Source: Heterodontus francisci
Taxonomy: Eukaryota
Direction: 5' to 3'
Length of the DNA stretch: 64,000 nt
NCBI RefSeq assembly: GCF_036365525.1
Contig: NC_090393.1
Coordinates: forward strand, 54,762,488 to 54,826,487
Positions 49,150 to 60,483 of this stretch are shown piece by piece. A program made the translations under genes and the position numbers. The notes beneath the pieces were generated by a model. It was not told the origin of the DNA. It worked only from the letters and a program-made list of their open reading frames with translations, and searched no databases. Position 1 is the stretch's first letter. Each line of letters opens with the position of its first letter.

Positions 49150-52100
49150 GGCCTGCCCTATTGCAGGACGGGGGCAGACTACGAGGTGCTGATGGTGGCG
49201 TCAGATGATCAGAACGCAGGTGCTGGCACCATCTTTAAAGTGTTGCCGTCCCTGCTTGTACTCCTGCCTTTCACTGATGTAGTAAACCTGGAATGCTGCT
49301 GGACCCTTTTGCTGCTGCTGTAACTCCTGAGCCCCCATCTAACACTGCTGCTGCATCTCCTGGACCTCGCTCTACCGCTGCTGCTGCTGTAATAACTTCC
49401 GGACCCCTCTACCACTGCCGCAACTCCTGCACCTCTCTACACCCTTGCACCAGGCCAGTGGACCGACCAGATGGAGTGGGAGCCAAATGGGACCTTGTGG
49501 GAGGTAAGACATTGGGTGGCCTCACAGTTTAACGATGCCTCCCTGTAGATTCCCCTCCAGGTTGCAAGGGAAAGGTGGGTGGTCCCCTTTCCAAGGGCTG
49601 GCAAGAAGAGATCCTCCCGCCTGACCAAGCAAGCCTGGATGGAGATCAAAGAGGAGATAGGCAGCCATGGGATCAACCCCTGGAACTGGGTCCAGTGCTG
49701 CAAGATGGTCAGTGACTTCTTTTACTCCTCCAAGGTGAGTCCTCCATACTCATCTCATTGTTGGGACTTGCATGTGGCTACACGGGAGGGAGTGCTACAT
49801 GGGGAAGGAATGACCAACCAGGAGCTGGCAAGGGGGTTAGGCATTACCACATCCTGGCAGATCCATGGTTGTCTCACAGCAACAGGCAGCCTTTATTCAG
49901 AGCTCGATTCATTATGTCCCCCTGAGAGCAGATGTGGGGAGGGACCATTTAGGAGACGCCTTTCGGGGCTGAGGGGCTGCCACAAGTATAAGTGTTCAGT
50001 TGCTCTTCATGTGAAGTCTAACTGTGTCCCTTTTTCTGCTTGCAGGCGAAACAGGCCCATGACACCAGGGAGACATTGAGGACTGGCAGTGGGATCCCTG
50101 ATATGCATCCTCTGACGTTGGCAGAGGAGAAGGCTCTGGAGTTAGCAGGGGTCCAGGGTGGCCGTGCAATCACAGATAGTAAGACTGGAGTGTCTAGACA
50201 AGTGCGTGAAGAGAGATTGTGTTCATGTGTCCTCCAAAACACTTCTGGAAATCCACATGATTCATGGTTTGCATGAGGAGATCTGAACAACCTAACCCAC
50301 TAATGTTTATGTTCTCTCACGCAAGTGCAGCTGCTGGGTTGGGGGGCCTGCCATCGAGCTCTGAGGAGCAGGAACAGTCAAAGGATGACCAGGCACATCA
50401 TTCCCCTGCTCCCTTCACCAGCGCTGATACTTCCTTGTCAGTAGGTATGCAGTTAGGCTTAAATTTAGGATTAGAGCTGGTGAGAGTACCACTCACGCAC
50501 CCGAGCAGCTGATGGAGATTGTGACAACTGTGATACTGACAGTTGGAGGACTCTAGGAGGCCAGACCCATGCTCAGCCACAGGCTGCTGATGAGCTTCTG
50601 GTGTCAGCAGCACAGAACATGCTGGAGTTACAAAGAGAGGTAAACAAACATCTGGCAGAGCTGACAGAGGCAGTACGTGGCCATGAGTGGACGATGGAGC
50701 AGTCCATCCATGCCATGATTGCTGCCATGTCTCCGACGTGTGAGTGCATAGATTCCTCCATCGAAAGGTTGGCAGCCTCATGGAGAGCCAGATGCCACAA
50801 ATGTGGGCAGACCTGCACCATCATCACCTTGGCCACGAGCTCAACGTAGCAGTGGCAAGATGACAGAAGGTCAAGGCACTTGGAGTCTTCTCCAGGTTCT
50901 TGGCTTTCTCTGGTCAGCGGGGAGGTTCATGTGAGCCTTGAAAGTGAGGAGGAGAGGCTGACTGCCACATCTTGAGGCTTCCCTCAGGGTGCTCTGAGTG
51001 TGGCTAGCGGCACATCAGCCCCTCTGCCAGTGACCCTAGCTACAGTGGCCATGATGTCTGAGCAGTCTGCTGCACCTGTGCAGGAAACCTCAGTTAGCCT
51101 CAGGCACTCAGAGGACGCCCATCAAAGTCATTCCGGGCCAAGGGGAAGTCCAATCAGCAGACTGCCTCCATCTCAGTTGCCAGTGCAGGGGTTGCACGGT
51201 GTAGAAGTACGCAAAAACGTTTAAAGAAGAGCACCTAGGTGCACTTGGGTTGCACTTGGGTCTTCACGGGTGTCTTATTTGTGGCCTGTACATTGGTTCC
51301 TGCAATTATGTTAATAAATATATGTCAGAATCATTGCATTAAATGGCTCATGTTTTCATTGCTGAATTGTGAAATTCTATCTTTACCCTTGCTCCCTCAA
51401 TGGGCTGCCAGTGTAGCCACAGGCCACGTTTGATCATCATCTCAGATGTGTCGGAGCATGTGGTGAGGCTGGGTGCTCGGCACTGGAGTGAGATAGGAAG
51501 AAGGCTTCAGGCGGAATACAGTGAGGTGAGTCTTTATTGCATTCACATTGAGAGGCCACCATGGTTGAAGGAAGCAGTATGTATGAGATTGTGTCATACA
51601 TCCCTTGCACATCCCTCAATGCCCCTGGCCTCCAGTGCAAGGAAGCCAGAACCAGTGGTGCCTGCTTATTAGCCTCCTCCATATCTTCCTCGTTGGATGA
51701 CAACTGGAAATTAATCATGTCCTCTTCACGCTAGGCCTCCCCACTCTGTTGTGCTAGATTGTGCAGAGCACAACATACCGCAATATATGCAAGTCTCTCG
51801 CTGGGGCATACTGCAGGGCTCCACTGGATCGAGCAAGATACCAGAATCTCAGCTTCAGCAGCCCAATGGCCTGCTCGATGGTTGCTAGGGTGGACCTGTG
51901 GTAGGTGTTGTACCTCTCCTCTGCTACAGTAGGAGGGTTCCTCACAGACATGAGTATCCAGGCCTTCAATGGGTATCCCTTGCCCCCAAGAATCCATCCC
52001 TGAAGGTGAGCAGGGTGGGGGGTGGGGGAGGGCATCAAAAGCTGTGGCATCTGAGACTGCTCAAGTATGTAGGTACCGTGACTGCTTCCCAGGAAGTGGA

Positions 52101-53238
52101 TCACACCCGCAGGATGCATTTTTGGTGGTCGCAGACCAGTTGCACATTAATGGAATGGAAGCCCTTCCTGTCGATGAAGGCTGCTGGTTGCTCCATGGGA
52201 GCCCTGATGGCCTCATGCATGCAGCTAATGGGACTTTGCACTTGGGGGAATCCAGCAATGGCTCTGAAGCTGAAGGCTCTCTCTGTCTAACTGTCAGGGT
52301 CAGACTGGAACTGCACATAGTTACCAGTCCTCTTGAACAAGACATTGTTCACCACCTTAATGCAGCCATGGGATGCTGCTTGGAGACGTCATGCGTGCCC
52401 CTAGTGGATCCCTGGAAAGCCAGACATGTAGAGGTTGAGTACCATGGTGATCAGGGCTGCAGGCATTAGGTGTCCACCTAATGCAGCTCATCCTGCAGCA
52501 TGGTGTATAATATCTCCCTGGAGAGCTGCAGCCTTCACTGGCACTGCGTCTTGGACAGATGGAGGTAGCTGCAGTGAATCTGGCACACTCTCTAGCATGG
52601 AATAGCCCTTCTTGCCTTGGCAGGCTGCTGTGGCTCTCCTATTGGAGCTACTTCGGCAGGCCCAGTAACATGTTTACCCCTTTCCTGCACTGGCCCTGCA
52701 GAGAAGAACTTGCCTTGGGAACTTCCCGTTGCTACCCGCCTCTGAAGATATGCTAATGCCCCTTAGTGCGCATCCTTGCAGAGAGCCTAGCACCCGTGAG
52801 TGATCCCACCCGACCCTTGCGCCTGAAGGTGAGGCCACCCATGCAAACAGCCCAGCACGGAAGGCAGACAATGGTCTCCACTCCCAACTCTTCCCTTATC
52901 CATTGCTCCCCGTGGCTGGCTTCCCACGGTGTCACTGCAGCCTTGCCTCAGTGTTGCCACCTTTAAATGGCTGAGGATCTGAAGACATGTGATCCCACGT
53001 GCCATTGACTAAATTTAAACCCTCCATAAAATTGTGTTCAGTTCAATGCAAATGCATTCTAACTAGCTGTTCACCAATTCAAATTGCAGTCCTGCCGCAT
53101 CATGGTGGCAAAGCTGCATTGGAGCTTTCCCATCACTGATAAAATCCAGAACTGGCATCACAACGTCAGGCTTCTGGGTGAGAACGTCCATCTCGAATTT
53201 TGGCCCCCACTCCTACTGGCCGGATAAAATTCTGCCCA
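49150..53238. mobile_element. Second-family Harbinger transposon: Myb/SANT gene on + (~49520-51220), convergent transposase on - (~51700-52600)
   Basis: TKQAWMEIKEEIG...WNWVQCCKMVSD; transposase GWILGGKGYPL, ERYNTYHRSTLATIEQAIGLLKLRF...SGALQY. Right TIR-like ATAAAATTCTGCCC ending at 53238; left end not identified. Confidence 0.82.
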
Positions 53239-55744
53239 TGGAGAGGTCAAGTAATTAACTTATGTTTCCAACATTAAAGGCCAGCCTACATGGTTAACGA
53301 CTTTTAGCTCTGAACGAGCACTGGGCCGCAGACCTGAACAGACTTTTATTCACAGGAATGTTCCCACCAGCCGTACACAGATACTGAAACCATCATCCAG
53401 TTGCCTTTCCCTTAAAAACAGAACATAACACCAATTTCTTTCTCACAGCAGTTTTGACTTTTGCTGTGGGTTTTTTTTCACTTACGTCTTTTCTTTGCAA
53501 CCCTTTCCCCTAACCCAGGGTTTTCTTTTATGCCACTCGTTTACAACATTTGAATGCCATTCCTTCACATCCTGCTGCACAATCTCTTTTCTTCCCCTTA
53601 CGTCCTGTAACTTTAACCCTCTTCACTCATACTTTTCTCTCACTTGATGTTCTTCTAACAATTGGTCGACCAATCACTACCTTTTATGTTCTTTTCCTCA
53701 ATTTCTTTTCTTAACCTGATCTTTTACGAACATACGAATGTACGAATTAGGAGCAGGAGCCGGCCATTCAGTCTCGCGAGCCTGCTCTGCCATCTGATAA
53801 GATCATGGCTGATCTGATTGTAGCCTCAACTCTACTTTCCTATAACTTTTGACTCCCATGTTACTGAAGAATCTATCTAGCTCAACCTTAAAAAATAGTC
53901 AATGACTCTGCTTCCACTGCTCTGGAAATCTGGAACTGTTTCCCCCAAAAGGCCATGAGGCTAGGTCAGTTTTGTTTTTAAAGAGATGAATGGATATTTT
54001 TGAGACAAGGGCATTTAGTGTTATGGAAACAAGGTGGGTATACGGAGTTAAGATGCAGATCAACCATTACCTAACTGACTGGTGGAACAAGGTGGCCTAC
54101 TCCTGTCCTATGTTCCTCTGATGGTGACCGGGACCTGGTGCAGGTTAGGAAACAGGCAGCAGCCTTTTGGGTGTGCTCAAGATTATGGTATTGTGGGTTG
54201 TTAGAAGATGGGAGGCCAGCGAGGATAACATTGGAATAGCCGAGCCTGGTGTTACTAAAAGCATGGACCTGGTTTCAGCAGCAGATGGGCTGCAGCACGA
54301 GTTGAGATGAACACATGATGAATGTTATAATGGAGGTGGCAGCAAGTGGTCTATATTTAGGAGATGATATGGGGTAGGAAGTTCAGATCAGGGACGCTGA
54401 TGTTGAAAACAGTCTTCTTCAGTGTAGGTATTAGTCAGACAGGAGGATGAAATCGGTGGCCACGCAACGGAGATTATGGTAGGGCCGAAGACAACGACTT
54501 CCGTCTTCCAAATGTGTAATTGGAGGATATTTATGCTTATTAATTATGGATGAATTGACAGCAAGGAGTTACTCTTTGGGGAAAAGACATGGCGCTAAGG
54601 TAGAGTATGGTATCGCCTGCATACATGTGGAACCTGACACTGTGCCTTCTGATGATGTCGAGGAGGGGCAACAGGTGGATGAAATAGAATAGTAATAGGG
54701 ATAACTATGTGGATGAGGCAGAATGTTAAAATCCAAACTCGTTCTGTTACTTCCTGTTAATGCATCATTGCAGAATGCTGTGTAATTACCATCTCACCAT
54801 GTGCGCATGTGTACTGGTATTACTATCTGTTTTTGCTCTTGGATATTGTTCACCCATGACTTTCATTTCCTTATCTTAAATATAGATATTTATTACAGAG
54901 AAAAGGTATTATTCTTTCATACGCCCAAACTAATGCCAGACGCCGCATCTTCCTACACTTCGGTGCTATTCTCTGTTCCACCTTTTGCCCTGAGACGAGC
55001 TTAATTCAATTAACCTCTTCTAACATTGCTATGACCTGACTTAATATAATGTTGACTAGTGTACTCACTATATCTATCTTACAGGCAGCAATCGTTATGA
55101 CCGTAGAGTTTAAAATCTAAGTTATATTCATCCTAAGTGAACTGTTCCGTTGCCTATTCGTTGAATTTATCAATTGAGAAAATTTGCCCTTGCAGGCTTT
55201 AAATATCTGTACCAATCTTAATGTTAATTAATATAAGGCCTACAAAGGATTTACACTTTCAAGCGACTCAATGTAAAGAGGCCGAGCCACTCCGAGCACA
55301 GTTCCACAGACTGCAGTCTCACCGAGAAATTTAAATTAGAACAGTACATTGAAAAATGAAAAGCTCCTGGTATAGTGGTGTAGAAAAAATATCTGCTTCT
55401 CCTGTAATAAACCTTTTTCTCTCATCTCAATCTTCAATCTCTGAGACTACCGATTTAACCCAGTTTTCTACTGATTTAAATCCACGTGTAGGCATAAGAA
55501 ATTCTCCTCCTGAGGCGTTTGTCCTCCATTTCTGCCACCTTGTTTACGAATTCAGGGAACGTGGTTCATGTACCCCCCAGAATGTAATTAGTGTAACTGC
55601 CTAATGGTCAGAATCTTCACCCAAGTCTGGCACAATGAAGGTCTGGATAACAGGCTTGTGAGCTTTTAATTTATTTCTCTTGTCTTCCAAGTATTTTGTT
55701 ACACTCGATGTGACTAGCCAAGTGTTATTTACCCAAGTGCAGCA

Positions 55745-56108
55745 CTGCTGGGAAGGCGGTGGCAATGTCACTAGACCAGTAGCTCAAAACCCCAGGCTAA
55801 TGCTCTGGGGACGTGGGTTCGAATCCCGCGCAAAGCAGATGGTGAAATTTGACTTCAATTAACGAATCTGGAATTAAAATCTAGCCTAATGGTGACCATT
55901 AAACCATTGTCGATTGTTGTAAAAACCCATCTGGTACACTAATGTCCTTTAGGGAAGGATGTCTGATGTCCTCCGTGTGACTCCAGTCCCACAGCAAAAT
56001 GCCCTCTGAAATAGTCCAGCTGCCACTCAGTTCAAGGGCAATTGGAAATGGGTAATAAGTGCTGGCCTAGCCAGCGTTGCCCACATCTCACGAACGAATA
56101 AAAAAAGA
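55745..56108 (+). mobile_element. tRNA-derived SINE sharing its 3' tail with the LINE at 43791
   Basis: B-box GGTTCGAATCCC at ~55816; tail GGGCAATTGGAAATGGGTAATAAGTGCTGGCCTAGCCAGCGTTGCCCACATC resembles the reverse complement of 43800-43865. Confidence 0.7.
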
Positions 56109-56254
56109 ATCTGTTTAATGGCTCACTTTATCCCTATTATTCCGCATGCTCGTCCTGCACGACTCCCTTTACATTATTACCATGTTTTGCGGACTATCGA
56201 ATTGTTTTGTTACTTCCTGCCAGGTTACGCATATTCCTTCTGTTCACCTTCTTA

Positions 56255-56632
56255 GTTTATTTTTTTATTTTTATTTATTTATTTATTTGTATTTAGAGAT
56301 ACGGCAACGAGACAGGCCCTTCGGCCCACCGAGTCTATGCCGACCATCAACCACCCATTTATACTAATCCTACATTAATCCCATATTCCTACCACATCCC
56401 CACCTTCCCTCAATTCCCCTACCACCTTCCTATACTAGGGGCAATTTATAATGGCCAATTTACCTATCAACCTGCAAGTCTTTGGCTGTGGGAGGAAACC
56501 GGAGCACCCGACGAAAACCCACGCAGTCACAGGGAGAACTTGCAAACTCCACACAGGCAGTACCCAGAACTGAACCCGGGTCGCTGGAGCTGTGAGGCTG
56601 CAGTGCTAACCACTGCGTCACTGTGCTGCCCC
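56255..56632 (-). mobile_element. Full-length V-SINE (HE1-like) with (AAAT)n tail
   Basis: Minus strand GGGCAGCACAGTGACGCAGTGGTTAGCAC (A box), CCGGGTTCAGTTC (B box), V-domain core, CR1-like tail. Confidence 0.88.
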
Positions 56633-57159
56633 TTGGGTTTAAAAAAAATCTCATCTGCAACTACTTTAACACCCGCAAACATAAGTTGCACCACCGCTGC
56701 TTTGGTGTTATTCTTTTAATTCTTTCGGGCACGAAGGAGCTCTTTCTGTAGCACCTGAACCAACTCATTCAGGAGTCGGTGTTCCCTGTCAAGTGCCCAA
56801 ACCACCAGACTGTCACCAGCGTGGCTGACGATGCAATTGTGTACATATTGCCCCAATACTCAAATACTTCTACATTGTATGAACTCCAACTTCATTTCCT
56901 GTTCCCAAATTCTCTCGAATACACGTTGGGGTTGGCTCAGGAACGAGGAGTTCCGGAATCGCAGGTCAAAATATTCACTGCTCAGGCCTCTGCTACAGCT
57001 TGTCAAAACGGTTCCATAAATATAATTAATAGATTCGAAGGCCCATGTTCAATTGATACATTGACAGATGTTTATTGATATTTGAGAGCGCACTAAAACT
57101 GCAAAGAAGTAATATACCCTTATAAACTCACAAATAGAATGCCTATTTGGGGCATGCAA

Positions 57160-58910
57160 TAGGAACATAGGAAGATAGGAGCAGGAGTAGGCCATTCAGC
57201 CCATCGAACCTGCTCTGCTATTCAACAAGATTATGGCTGATCATCCATTTCAATGCCTTTTTCCTACACTATCCCCAAATTCTTTTCTGTCATTGGTATT
57301 TAGAAATCTGTCAATCTCTGCTTTAAACGTACTCAATGACTGAACTTCCACAACCCTCTGGGGTAGAGAATTCCAAAGATTCACAACCCTCTGAGCAAAG
57401 AGATTTCTCCTAATCTCGGTCCTAAGTGGCTTCCCCCTTATTTTGAAATTGTGTCCCCTGGTTTTAGACTCCCCAACCAGGGGAAACATCTTACCTGTAC
57501 CTACCCTATCAATCCCTTTACTTATTTTGTAGGTTTCAATGAGATCACCTCGCATTTTTCGAAACTCAAGAATGCAGCCTAGTTTCCCCTATTTCTCTTC
57601 ATAGGACAGTCCCACCATCCCAGGAACAAGTCTGGTGAACCTTGTTGCACTACCTCCATGACAATAATATCCTTCCTAAGGTAAGGGGACCAAAATTGCA
57701 CACAGTACTCCAGGGGCGGTCTAACTAAGGTTCCATACAATTGAAGCAAGACTTCACTACTCCTGTGCTCAAATCGTCTTGTGATAAAGGCTAACATACC
57801 ATTAGCCTTCCTAACTGCGTCCTACACCTGCATGTTAGCTTTCAGTGACTTATCGACGGGAACACCCTTTGTACATCTACACTTTCTAATCTCTTATCAT
57901 TTAAGAAATACTCTGCACATCTGTTCCTCCTACCAAAGTAGATAAAGTCACATTTTTCCACATTATATTCCATCTACCATGTTCTTGCCCACTCACTAAG
58001 TCTGTCCAAATCCCCTTGAAGCCACTTTGCATCTTCCACACAACCCACATTCCCACCTAGTTTTGTGTCATCCACGCACTTGAAAATATTACATTTGGTC
58101 CCCACATCCAAATCATTGATATATTTTGTGAACAGCTGGAACCCAAGTACTGATCCTTGCGGTTCACAGCCTGCCAATCCGAGAATGGCCCATGTATTTC
58201 TACTCTCTGTTTTCTGCCTGTTAGCCAATCCTCAATTCATGCCAGTATATTACCTCCTATCCCATGTGCTTTAATTTTGCGGACCAACCTCCTGTGAGGG
58301 ACTATATCAAAAGCCTTCTGAAAATCCAAATATACCACGTCCACCGACTCCCCTTTATCAATTCTGTTAGTAACATCCACAAAAAACTCCAATAGGTTCA
58401 TCAAACATGATTTCCCATTCATAAATCCATGTTGACTATGCCCAATCATCATTATTATCCAAGTGTTCATTTATCAAATCCTTTAGAATAGATTCTAGCA
58501 TTTTCCCTCCTACTGAAGTAAGGCTAACAGGTCTGTGCTCCCTGTTTTCTCTGTCCCTCCCTTTTTAAATAGTGGGGTGACATTTGCTACCTTTCAATCT
58601 GCAGGAACCATTCCAGAAACTAATGAATTTTAGAAGATGATCACCAATGCATCCACTATCTCCATAGCTACCTCTTTCAACACTCTGGGATGTAGAACAT
58701 GAGGTCCAAGGGACTTATCAACCTTCAGCCCCATTAATTTCTCCAATACAACCTTCTTACTAATACTAATTTCCTTCAATTCCTCATTCCCCCTAATCCT
58801 TTGGATCTCTAATTCTGGGAGATTTCTTGTATCTTCCACAGTGAAGACAGACACAAAGTAATCATTTAGCTTCTCTGCCATTTCTCTCCTCCCCATTATA
58901 TTCTCCAATA
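57160..58910 (-). mobile_element. Degenerate CR1 LINE (RT to 3' UTR)
   Basis: QHGFMNGKSCLMNLLEFF, VYLDFQKAFD, PQGSVLG, CVDDTKLGG, RPPLEYCVQFWSP, MRGDLIETYK. Confidence 0.9.
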
Positions 58911-60119
58911 GATACCTCTCATGGCCGTTTGCAGTGCTAAGACAGAACTTTGTTACTAATAATTCATATTTATACAAATTAGCAAACAGGGAAAGCTGAA
59001 CTGAATTATAGTAGTTCTGCATTTGGAACTCTCTCAGCTGTATCTCTTTTTCTAAACTTATATGTACCAGATGGTTCCAGTTCAGTTAGTTTAACATCCT
59101 TTAAGCCTGCGTTTTGACATGGTTTCGATGAGTTCATTCATGTACTTTTCTATTATCCTGAAACTAGTTTTTTCCATCGTAACATTAATAATGCTCGCGA
59201 CATTCGACCATAATGTATTCTGCTCATATCAAGTTATCCAAATTTAGCAGTTATCTACGTACTTCTAACATTCCACAGCGTTACCTTTGGTTCGTTAACC
59301 TTTTTGCGCAAAGCAGAATATTTATACTGTTCGTGTTCTCATGCGTCTGACTAATGCAATTATTAAGGATTCAAAATAATCTCTAAGTTGTGGATGTTTC
59401 ATCCGATCATGCAGCATCAATTCTGAGACGGTCTTTAATAAATTGAATGGGGGGAAATTGCAGGGCTGTGCCAGAAAGCCGAGGAGTAGGACTAACTGGA
59501 AAGATTTTTCTCCTAGCCGGCGCAAACCCGACGGGCTGAATGTCATTCTGCCGTGCGGTATCAGTCTTCTCTTTTCAATTCAGTTCATATTCTCATTCTA
59601 CTGGAACTCTGATTAATCTTTATCCTTTTCAACGAGTATGATACAACGTTATTTGGTATTTATATGGTTTCTCAATGAGGTCACTCGGAATAAGGAAGAA
59701 CATTAACCGCAATCACATACAATGTAGTTCAATCAATCTACAAATGAAATTTAGACAAAATAGCATTTCATACGTTATATTATTTCGACCCATCATCTAT
59801 TCGTTCTGGAAAATGTTTATTTCCTTCCAAGAGTTTGGCAGTTTTATGTAAATTTGCAATAGGTTAGGAAGAATGGGTCCTTGCGTTTTTGACGTTTAGA
59901 AATGGTCGTACATTCGGAAAGACATTATCTGTGACATTGGAGTAATCATTGTATTACACTGCAATGACACAGAGCAGGGATGATGACTGCAGAGTCGGCG
60001 CACTCTCACGCGTTGGACCCAGTGAAACCAAGGCAACAAACGAGCTGCGCATTATTTTTAACTTTACAGCAATTGAAACAAAATATCTAACTTCAAATTC
60101 GAATTTTGTTCAATGAAAG

Positions 60120-60125
60120 TTTATT
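60120..60125 (-). terminator. Candidate polyadenylation signal of gene 2
   Basis: AATAAA on the minus strand ~36 nt after the normal stop. Confidence 0.4.
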
Positions 60126-60160
60126 CACGAGAAAAGAGACGATTACATAAGGTTCTTACA

Positions 60161-60483
60161 TCAGATACAACTGGATCTCGCGATGCTTGTTTTAAGCGGC
60201 TTTGCCTGAGTCTCATGTTTAACCACACAGGACTAAAGCTCGTGTGAGTTCCACTCTGGGGCTGGCAGAGTCAGATAACTGCTCACACTGAACGTGTTGT
60301 CCGTCTCCTGCTGGATCCGACTGGTCTCAACACCATTCCCTCTCACACTGTCATCTACAATCCACTCAATCTCCACGACTCCCGGGTTAAACCCGCTCAC
60401 CAAACACACCAGGGTTGCCGTGTTCTTTGTTGTGATTTGATCTGCTGAAGGTGGAAGGACAGAGACCGAGGGGCCTCGCGGAT
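60161..60483 (-). pseudogene. Ig light chain gene 2 constant exon (in-frame TAG before the second Cys)
   Basis: 323 nt, same length as the gene 1 C exon; 19 substitutions by manual alignment. Confidence 0.92.

Noticed and set aside
49579-52600. Possible domesticated HARBI1/NAIF1-like host gene pair
   Set aside because: Multiple stops and frameshifts, a TIR-like end and several related copies in the window indicate decayed transposons.
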